Assembly (NCBI GenBank): GCA_965205865.1
Contig: CBDBHR010000026.1
Coordinates: forward strand, 96,001-160,000
Length of the DNA stretch: 64,000 nt
Direction of reading: 5' to 3'
Source: a bacterium
GTDB lineage: Bacteria > SAR324 > NAC60-12
The position numbers and the translations under genes were made by a program. The stretch's first letter is position 1. Each line of letters begins with the position of its first letter. The notes beneath the pieces were generated by a model that made no database searches, was not told where the DNA came from, and was given only the letters and a program-made list of their open reading frames with translations. Below, piece by piece: positions 56,285 to 64,000 of this stretch.

Positions 56285-57319
56285 ATGGCAAATATCAGCA
56301 TGGAAAAAGAGGGATTGATCGATGGCATGCCTCGGGATGAACGGGGATTCTGGCACCCTGACAGAGGGACAGGCCCACCCAGTCCTTTGTTTGCCTGGCC
56401 ACCCAAGCCGGTCGAGGCTTTCAAATACCTGTTTCGTTTCCCAGGTTACCTGTATCCGTGGAATATGATCTATTTTTGCATCGCCACGTGCACGTGGCTC
56501 TACTTCCAGCCGGCCTTGTCCCGCTGTGTCACCTTCCAGCTCGACTGGATCCTGGAGATGTTTGTCCGCAACCTCGTGCTGCTGGTCGTCATCTATAGTG
56601 CCTGGCACTACTGGCTCTGGTCGCGTAAGTCTCAGGGGCGTCAGTACAAATACAACGCCGAGTGGCTGGAGACGGGAAATCGTAAGTTCCTCTGGGGGGA
56701 CCAGCTGCGCGACAACATCTTCTGGTGTTGTGTCAGCGCTGTTCCGATCTGGACGGCTTATGAAGTGCTGATGATGTGGGCCTACGCCAACGAGCTGCTG
56801 CCCTACATCGATCCACGAGAAAATCCGGTCTACTTTATCGTGCTGCTTGTCTGCATGCCCATGATTCGGATCTTCCACTTCTACTGGTTCCATCGTCTCT
56901 TGCACTGGCCCCCCCTCTTCAAAAGGATACACTACCTCCATCACAAAAACATCAACGTCGGGCCCTGGTCCGGTCTGGCCATGCATCCGATTGAGCACCT
57001 GATTGTCTTCAGCAGTGTTCTGATTCACTGGATCGTGCCCTCGCATCCCATCCACATGCTGATGAACACCCAACACAACGCGCTTTCCCCGCCTCAAGGG
57101 CATCTCGGGTTCCAGCAGCTGGTCCTCAAGGGAAACCTCCGGATCCCCGGTGCCAGCAGTTATTTCCATCATCTGCATCACCGCTACTTCGAGTGCAACT
57201 ACGGGGAACCCATGATGCCGCTGGATCATTGGTTCGGGACCTATCACAATGGCTCTCCCGAGGCCCACGAAGCGATCCTGAAGAAGCAAGCCCAGAAAAA
57301 CATGAGGTACAGTGCCTAG
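56285..57319 (+). CDS. Sterol desaturase / fatty acid hydroxylase family protein
   Basis: His boxes HRLLH, HYLHH and HHLHH; PWSGLAMHP; NYG. Confidence 0.92.
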   Translation: MANISMEKEGLIDGMPRDERGFWHPDRGTGPPSPLFAWPPKPVEAFKYLFRFPGYLYPWNMIYFCIATCTWLYFQPALSRCVTFQLDWILEMFVRNLVLLVVIYSAWHYWLWSRKSQGRQYKYNAEWLETGNRKFLWGDQLRDNIFWCCVSAVPIWTAYEVLMMWAYANELLPYIDPRENPVYFIVLLVCMPMIRIFHFYWFHRLLHWPPLFKRIHYLHHKNINVGPWSGLAMHPIEHLIVFSSVLIHWIVPSHPIHMLMNTQHNALSPPQGHLGFQQLVLKGNLRIPGASSYFHHLHHRYFECNYGEPMMPLDHWFGTYHNGSPEAHEAILKKQAQKNMRYSA

Positions 57320-57371
57320 AATGCAATAGCTAACTGAAATGGATGTTTGACTATGGGCTCCTTTTGTGTGC

Positions 57372-58334
57372 TTACCCGTTGAAAGGGGAGAGGATCCGGG
57401 CCAGGAGACCTCGTTTGCGTTTCACCATCGCGGCGCCGTAACTGCCCTCACCACCCCGCAGCCGCGGATCGAGCAGGTCCCTGAGGGCATCTCCGAACAT
57501 GTTGAGACTGTAAACGGTAATCGTCAGGGCAAAACCAGGCCAGAGTGCCAGCCAAGGCGCCTGCTCCATGTATCGACGCCCTGCCCAGCTGAGCAGAGTC
57601 CCCCAGCTGGGAACCTCGGGTGGCAGACCGAATCCGAGGAAGCTCAGCGACGCCTCACTGATAATCACCCCGCCGATGTTGATGCTGAAGATGATGATGA
57701 CGGGCGCCATAATATTGGGCAGCACATGGCGGATCAGGATTTGGCTCGTGGGGGTGCCCACGGCCCTGGCTGCCAGAAAATAGTCATTCTCTTTGACCCC
57801 AATCACGGCGCCTCGGACGACTCGGGAACCGACGATGCCTCCGGCGATCCCCAGGACCACGATAATCTGGAGGAGACCCTGCCCCACGATGGACATGATG
57901 GTTAACAAGAGCAGCAGTCCCGGGAAAGCCATCCAGGCGTCGACAAAGCGCTGCACCACCAGGTCCACTTTCCCCCCAAGGAATCCGGAAATGCCGCCGA
58001 TCAGGACAGCGACGAGAACATTGAGCGTGGTCGCGGATAGACCGACAATTAAGGAAAGACGAGCCCCGTAGATCAGGCGGCTCAAGAAGTCTCGCCCTAT
58101 CTGGTCGGTCCCCAGGAGATACTGGGCTGATGAGCCCTGCAGCCGGTCTCTCAGGTGCATTTCCGTATAGCCATAGGGAGCCAGAACATCGGCGAAGATC
58201 GTCACCAGAATCAAGAGCAAGACGATCATCCCGCAGACCGTCCCCAGGGGCTTCTCCCGCCACAGCCTGATAAAGAAATCCGCAAACCGGCCCCGTCGCT
58301 TGGGCTCACGGATGGGGGAGGGTTTCTCATTCAT
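57372..58334 (-). CDS. Peptide ABC permease DppC-like
   Basis: LGTDQIGRD, GDALRDLLDP. Confidence 0.93.
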   Translation of the reverse strand: MNEKPSPIREPKRRGRFADFFIRLWREKPLGTVCGMIVLLLILVTIFADVLAPYGYTEMHLRDRLQGSSAQYLLGTDQIGRDFLSRLIYGARLSLIVGLSATTLNVLVAVLIGGISGFLGGKVDLVVQRFVDAWMAFPGLLLLLTIMSIVGQGLLQIIVVLGIAGGIVGSRVVRGAVIGVKENDYFLAARAVGTPTSQILIRHVLPNIMAPVIIIFSINIGGVIISEASLSFLGFGLPPEVPSWGTLLSWAGRRYMEQAPWLALWPGFALTITVYSLNMFGDALRDLLDPRLRGGEGSYGAAMVKRKRGLLARILSPFNG

Positions 58335-59286
58335 ACCGCACCCTGGGGTCTAAATAAGGATAAATCAGGTCGATTATTAGATTGATCCCTAAAACCGCCG
58401 TGCCGAAAAACAGGTTGACTCCGGAGACCACCGGGTAGTCTCGGTCAGCCAGGGCAATCAGCATGAGACGACCTAACCCCGGCAGGTTAAAGAGGTTCTC
58501 CATGATCACGGCTCCCCCGACCAGGATCGGCAACTGCAGGCCGATCAGGGTGACGACCGGGATGAGGGCATTTTTGATGACGTGTCTCATCACCACGACC
58601 CGCTCCCGGAGCCCCTTGGACCAGGCCGTCCGGATGTAGTCCTGCCTGAGCACCTCCAGCATTGTAGTGCGCGTCATCCGCATGGTGGCGGCCGCCATGG
58701 CCGTCCCCAGAATCAGGCTGGGAATGAGGAACACCGCTAGATTCCCCAACGGGTCTTCGGTGAAAGGAACCAGCTCCAGCGGTGGCGACCAGCCCCACCA
58801 GATGGCTGGGTAGAGCAAGACCATCAGTGCCAGCCAGAAGTTCGGCGTGGCCAGGCCGATGATGGCGATGGAGCGCCCCACGTAGTCGGCGGCGGTATCC
58901 TGGCGAATCGCCGAGTAGATGCCGACGGGCAGGGCGATCAGGAGCCCGATGAGGATTGCCAGGACACCAAGCTTGATGGTCACCGGCAATCTACCCATTA
59001 TTTTCTCCTCTACCGTCCAATCGCCCCACAGTGATTCGCCCAGGGTGCCGTGCCGAAAAATACCTCCGATCCAGCGTCCATACTGCACCCAGACAGGCAC
59101 GTCCAGTCCCAGCTTATGCTCCAGCGCTTCACGGTCGAAACCGGGCATCATTCGACCCTCCATTTTACTCACCATGGCGTCTATGACATCGCCTGGGATG
59201 AAGCGGACCGCGAGAAAGACCAGGATACTCAAGAGAAACATGGTGGGGATGATGAGCAATACCCTCCTAATGAGATAGGCTCTCAT
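58327..59286 (-). CDS. Peptide ABC permease DppB-like
   Basis: MRAYLIRR, QDYIRTAWSKGL. Confidence 0.93.
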   Translation of the reverse strand: MRAYLIRRVLLIIPTMFLLSILVFLAVRFIPGDVIDAMVSKMEGRMMPGFDREALEHKLGLDVPVWVQYGRWIGGIFRHGTLGESLWGDWTVEEKIMGRLPVTIKLGVLAILIGLLIALPVGIYSAIRQDTAADYVGRSIAIIGLATPNFWLALMVLLYPAIWWGWSPPLELVPFTEDPLGNLAVFLIPSLILGTAMAAATMRMTRTTMLEVLRQDYIRTAWSKGLRERVVVMRHVIKNALIPVVTLIGLQLPILVGGAVIMENLFNLPGLGRLMLIALADRDYPVVSGVNLFFGTAVLGINLIIDLIYPYLDPRVRYE

Positions 59287-59293
59287 GGAACCC

Positions 59294-61285
59294 CTAATAC
59301 CCCATTTCTTTCTTCAGCGCCTGGTCAATCCACAGTCGGGATAAAAAGGCATAGTCATTGTTTCCGGATTCGGTTTCACCGTTATAACCGATGACCCACG
59401 GCTGGGTCACAGCAAAAACAGGAACTCTCGGACCCGCCACGTACCAGTGCTGCTCTATCCCGTACATATCTGCCTCGTTGACCAGCCTCTGCTGTTCCTC
59501 AATGGTGGTAGCGGCTGCGGCGGCCTCATATATGCGGTCATAAACCGGGTCATTGACGTTTTCGGGGGGCCATGGTGATAGAGTCGAGTGAGCGTGAATA
59601 ATTGCCCCGAGAGGGGGATAGTCGTTGTTGTTGGTGTCAACAATCAGACCTTCATTTTTACGGCTTTGTACAAGCGCGATCCAAGCAGCTCGGTCATATA
59701 CCTTCACCTCTATACCAATGCCAATGGCACGCAAGTATTCCATGACTATCTGGTAATAATCTAAATCGCTGAACTCGTAGTGCGGATAGACGGTCTGGAA
59801 TCGAATGCCGTCGGCGCCGCGCGGATATCCCGCCTCATCAAGCAACGCTTCGGCCCCTGCCGGGTCATACCTGTAGTATTGCCTGATTGCTTCGGGCCAC
59901 TCTTCAAATGGGGTAAAATACCCTTTAAGCGCTCTCCCGACATGCCCCGTAGGTGTCGTATCTGCCCAACCCTGCATGTAGGTCTCGTTAATGGTCTCAA
60001 AGTCGATGGCCATCTGTATTGCGTGGCGCACCCGGACGTCGTTCCAGGGCGGCTTCTGCGTGTTAAAAGTAAGAGAGTGTTCCGAACGAATGGAATAGGG
60101 CCACAGGTTCAGTTCGGGGTTGGTCTTCTTGAGGCTCATTGCCGCGTCGACAGTACCTAGTTGAGAGGCGCCCGCCTTACCGATGAAATCAGCCTTACCC
60201 GTGCGCATTAACGCCAGAATGGTCGCTTGATCCTTCGTAATCAGGGCCCTGATCTTGTCAAGATAGGGCAGGCGGTTCTCCGCGTATTTTTCGTCGGTGC
60301 CCCAGTAGTCAGGATTCTTGGTATAAGTGATAGAGCTGCCCTCCACCCAATCAGTCAGCTCAAAGGGCCCGGTGCCGACCACGTTGCGCCAATCCGTAAC
60401 GTCGCCGTATTGCTCGATTACCTCGGGGGATAATACAAAACCAGCATTATTGCTGAGGATGTCGCTCAGCACACCAAGCGTTGGCTGCTTCAGCTTAAAG
60501 ACAACTGTCCAATTGTCGGTAGCCGTTATCGATTCAACCTCAGAGAGCTCGGGGAAATATTTAATATGTGCGCCAGGTTCGCCTTCACTGAAATTGCCCA
60601 GCCCCAGCATCCGCTGCCAGCTATATTCGATATCCGAGGCCGTCAATTCTCTGCCATTCATTGGAGTCTTATTATGCCAGTGAACGCCCTGGCGGATGTG
60701 GAAGGTATAGGTGAGGCCGTCCGGGGAAATATCCCAGCTTTCCGCCAGCCTCCCTGTGATGGCAGATTCAGGGAGGTAAATTGTTCTGAAGTCATGTACG
60801 TCCCTATCGAATGCCCAGTTCGCGATGCCCAGCTTCTCATTAACGAGCCCAATAGCGTGTCCCGCGATCAATGCGACATAGGGGTCAATACTCGCAGGGT
60901 CGAGCATGTTGACGTAGGTCAATGTCCCGCCATACTCCGGCGCGCTCACCATCTTGCCGGTGGATGGATCTTTGACCATTTCGGCTGCCCAGACCTGGCC
61001 AGCCATGAAGACGCTTGCTCCCAGGATGAGAGCCAGCAGGGTTGTGCTCAAGGTTGAGCTGCTTTTTTGATTAAACATACGAGATTCTCGTTTTGGATGT
61101 TTAAAAATATTAAGGATTGATTTGAAACCTGCTTCCATTCCCGAAAGCACGTTCTCGACGAGTCCTCTACTTTTTTGACGGTTCATGGTGCTCCTTTCTG
61201 CTTTTTGATTAAAAACAAGATTGCGAGTTGCTTTGAAAACTGCTTTCATTACCGAAAGTACGTTATCGACGATTTCTCTACACAT
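59294..61285 (-). CDS. Peptide ABC substrate-binding protein (family 5), intact; start ambiguous (61285/61186/61078)
   Basis: Signal peptide ..GQVWA/AE, LAESWDISPDGLTYTF, GTGPF. Confidence 0.92.
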   Translation of the reverse strand: MCREIVDNVLSVMKAVFKATRNLVFNQKAERSTMNRQKSRGLVENVLSGMEAGFKSILNIFKHPKRESRMFNQKSSSTLSTTLLALILGASVFMAGQVWAAEMVKDPSTGKMVSAPEYGGTLTYVNMLDPASIDPYVALIAGHAIGLVNEKLGIANWAFDRDVHDFRTIYLPESAITGRLAESWDISPDGLTYTFHIRQGVHWHNKTPMNGRELTASDIEYSWQRMLGLGNFSEGEPGAHIKYFPELSEVESITATDNWTVVFKLKQPTLGVLSDILSNNAGFVLSPEVIEQYGDVTDWRNVVGTGPFELTDWVEGSSITYTKNPDYWGTDEKYAENRLPYLDKIRALITKDQATILALMRTGKADFIGKAGASQLGTVDAAMSLKKTNPELNLWPYSIRSEHSLTFNTQKPPWNDVRVRHAIQMAIDFETINETYMQGWADTTPTGHVGRALKGYFTPFEEWPEAIRQYYRYDPAGAEALLDEAGYPRGADGIRFQTVYPHYEFSDLDYYQIVMEYLRAIGIGIEVKVYDRAAWIALVQSRKNEGLIVDTNNNDYPPLGAIIHAHSTLSPWPPENVNDPVYDRIYEAAAAATTIEEQQRLVNEADMYGIEQHWYVAGPRVPVFAVTQPWVIGYNGETESGNNDYAFLSRLWIDQALKKEMGY

Positions 61286-61542
61286 TGGGTCTCCTTCATT
61301 TTGGAGTGATCAAAAAACCGATTCATTGGCTCCAGGATTGGGCAATGAACCATAAACCGACGCACTCAGGCGTCGATGATTTTCCAAATTCCCCATTGCC
61401 CTTTCGTTCCTGGAATTTGGAACGTGGGACTTGGAACTTGGAACAAGGACTTAAGGATCTCTCCCTGATGTCGAGATAATATAAGGGGGTAGAACTTGGG
61501 ATTGGGGACTTGTGACTTGTTGCTTGGAACTAATTACTAATT

Positions 61543-61597
61543 ACTGGGAACTGGGAACTGGGAACTGGGAACTGGGAACTGGGAACTGGGAACTGGG
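61543..61597 (+). repeat. Heptamer tandem repeat (ACTGGGA), about 7.9 copies, within a degenerate 7-mer tract from about 61410
   Basis: Directly visible. Confidence 0.95.
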
Positions 61598-61899
61598 CGT
61601 TTAAGCTTACTCTCATATCCACCTCATTATCAAGATTTTTTATACTTGAAACGGGTTAATTTCAGACTTTCATGTCATCCTGACGGTTCGCCGAGCAGCA
61701 AAGTGAAGGATCGCGTTATTGCCCTTCTATTCCTGGAATAAAATATTGTATAATCGCTCTGCAAATGTATCAAGATTTTTTTAAATATGGCGACTCATTC
61801 ATTCATGAGTGTATTCTTATGATCAACGAAAATACTTTTTCATATAGAGATACAGAAGTCAACATTTTTGACACTTTTCAATTCCCAGTTGACCGTTTT

Positions 61900-62050
61900 T
61901 ATACTGTGAACGGATGATTTCTTCATTTTTTGTCATCCTGAGGGAACCGAAGAATCTTCTTGATTCCCATGAGATTCTTGCTTAGGCAGCCCCCTTAGCT
62001 CGGAATGACAGTTCTTTTGAAAAGTGAAATTTAAACCCGTTTAGAGTATA
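61900..62050. mobile_element. MITE family B copy 2
   Basis: Near-identical to 36677-36828. Confidence 0.88.
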
Positions 62051-62306
62051 ACAATCTTCTGGGGATGATATGAGGTTCGACATGACTTTCGGCTAAATAA
62101 GTAGCGAAATTGAAATAAAACCTTCAGCCCAAGGCGATTTCTTGAAAACTATCACAAAAGAAACCGAAAGTCCAGCAGAATTTCTTAAAAACCTTCAACC
62201 CAGGGCATTTTCGTTGAAAATTATCACAAAAGCAAACGAAAGACCAGCTTAATAGAGTGCTAATAATTTGTCAACCATATTTTTTTCAATCGCTGGGAAC
62301 CGATTA

Positions 62307-62333
62307 TTAGCACTCTATTAAAATGAGTGCTAC
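62307..62333. promoter_or_regulatory. CIRCE-like site (1 mismatch)
   Basis: TTAGCACTC-tattaaaat-GAGTGCTAc. Confidence 0.6.
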
Positions 62334-62526
62334 CATTAAACAATAATTGATCAAGCCCGCATGAAAGCGGTCCGATGAATCCCCAGAAATGGACAGAAAA
62401 GGCCTGAGAGGCGGTAGAACGAGCCGATGCATTGGCAATCGGCAGGAATCCTACCGCAATGCTTTCGTTGCCTCTTCTCTGGGCATTAATGGAACTAAAG
62501 GGTGGCTTAATTCCCCAGATTTTCTC

Positions 62527-62781
62527 ATGAGCACAACAACTGTCATTAATCCAGAGGCATTGTCGCTTCTTCGTGAAGGGTGGAGATTATTAGTTGACCA
62601 ATTAGGGATTCAGAAGGCCACCCGGTTCGTCATGTTACTTGAACGTGGACAAGGAGATTCCGTCAAGGAAATTGCCGAATATTGGGGTAATATGAGTATT
62701 GAAGAAATTCATCAACAGGTGATGAATTGGAAGAGCCAACGCTCAGAAGAAACCTTGTCTCGGGGAGCGAAAACCTGCTAA
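62527..62781 (+). CDS. Small antitoxin-like protein, copy 2
   Basis: Same translation as 55560-55814. Confidence 0.65.
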   Translation: MSTTTVINPEALSLLREGWRLLVDQLGIQKATRFVMLLERGQGDSVKEIAEYWGNMSIEEIHQQVMNWKSQRSEETLSRGAKTC

Positions 62782-63056
62782 CAAAGCGGTAGAGCGGACC
62801 TGGGAATATACACTTTTTTCCAAGTTTATCAACACGTTGAAAGTTCATTGCCTTTACTAAGGAACAAACCTAAAATAAACTGTAATTCTTCCAATGGTGT
62901 GAGCAAAATTGGGAGACATGTACACCGCTGCGCATCCCAACTCACTGTTTTATGCCTGTTGTTACGTGTACCTTAATTTTGCGTATCCAGACTTCCAACT
63001 TATTTAAATTTCATTCCTAAGTAGAGTTCCCAGGCCGCTCACTTTCAACGTTATGC
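62776..63056 (+). other. MITE-interrupted attC-like site, copy 2
   Basis: Duplicate of 55809-56089. Confidence 0.7.
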
Positions 63057-63251
63057 ATTGAGACATGGACTAGCATGGGGCGAAGGTGAATAGACGGGAG
63101 AATGGATGAGTGAAGCACAAAAGATTGATAGCATCACACATGAAGCCTCCTGTAAGGATGGCATAGGACTTGACATCTTCCGGGGGAGGCCATAGCATGG
63201 AGTGCATTCTTTAGAAGAATCGGTTTAAAACAGTGTGATAAGGAGGACCTA

Positions 63252-64000
63252 ATGGCAAATATCAGCATGGAAAAAGAGGGATTGATCGATGGCATGCCTC
63301 GGGATGAACGGGGATTCTGGCACCCTGACAGAGGGACAGGCCCACCCAGTCCTTTGTTTGCCTGGCCACCCAAGCCGGTCGAGGCTTTCAAATACCTGTT
63401 TCGTTTCCCAGGTTACCTGTATCCGTGGAATATGATCTATTTTTGCATCGCCACGTGCACGTGGCTCTACTTCCAGCCGGCCTTGTCCCGCTGTGTCACC
63501 TTCCAACTCGACTGGATCCTGGAGATGTTTGTCCGCAACCTCGTGCTGCTGGTCGTCATCTATAGTGCCTGGCACTACTGGCTCTGGTCGCGTAAGTCTC
63601 AGGGGCGTCAGTACAAATACAACGCCGAGTGGCTGGAGACGGGAAATCGTAAGTTCCTCTGGGGGGACCAGCTGCGCGACAACATCTTCTGGTGTTGTGT
63701 CAGCGCTGTTCCGATCTGGACGGCTTATGAAGTGCTGATGATGTGGGCCTACGCCAACGAGCTGCTGCCCTACATCGATCCACGAGAAAATCCGGTCTAC
63801 TTTATCGTGCTGCTTGTCTGCATGCCCATGATTCGGATCTTCCACTTCTACTGGTTCCATCGTCTCTTGCACTGGCCCCCCCTCTTCAAAAGGATACACT
63901 ACCTCCATCACAAAAACATCAACGTCGGGCCCTGGTCCGGTCTGGCCATGCATCCGATTGAGCACCTGATTGTCTTCAGCAGTGTGCTGATTCACTGGAT
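63252..64000 (+). CDS. Sterol desaturase family protein copy 2, 3'-partial
   Basis: Duplicate of 56285 onward. Confidence 0.9.
   Translation, partial: MANISMEKEGLIDGMPRDERGFWHPDRGTGPPSPLFAWPPKPVEAFKYLFRFPGYLYPWNMIYFCIATCTWLYFQPALSRCVTFQLDWILEMFVRNLVLLVVIYSAWHYWLWSRKSQGRQYKYNAEWLETGNRKFLWGDQLRDNIFWCCVSAVPIWTAYEVLMMWAYANELLPYIDPRENPVYFIVLLVCMPMIRIFHFYWFHRLLHWPPLFKRIHYLHHKNINVGPWSGLAMHPIEHLIVFSSVLIHW

Larger units (their letters stand above)
55286..57033 (+). repeat. Near-identical direct duplication, copy 1 (copy 2 = 62253-64000+)
   Basis: Offset 6967; only a few substitutions seen. Confidence 0.95.
62253..64000 (+). repeat. Duplication copy 2 (runs off the window)
   Basis: Matches 55286 onward. 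Confidence 0.95.

Overview
Bacterial genomic DNA. The gene content suggests a deltaproteobacterial/SAR324-like lineage, but that is inference. Bases 1-30.7 kb are mostly intact core genes: orphan amino-methyltransferase, rhodanese-NfuA fusion, a B12-binding radical SAM protein with an in-frame UGA and SECIS-like hairpin (CUAEP tail), cobST, ATP-grasp, msrB, a PAS kinase/sigma54 regulator pair, acnA, an EF-G paralog, carB, glpK and xylB. Bases 30.7-64 kb are a decaying accessory region. It holds repeated paralogous Dpp/Opp-type ABC modules (no ATPase gene in any of them, many pseudogenised), toxin-antitoxin pairs, attC-like integron cassette remnants with no integron integrase in the window, IS66, IS1182 and RAYT transposases, three MITE families, an ORF-less group II intron inserted at the RAYT terminal motif, and a near-identical duplication of at least 1.75 kb carrying a CIRCE-like site and a sterol-desaturase-family gene. 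All calls are by eye; no searches were run.
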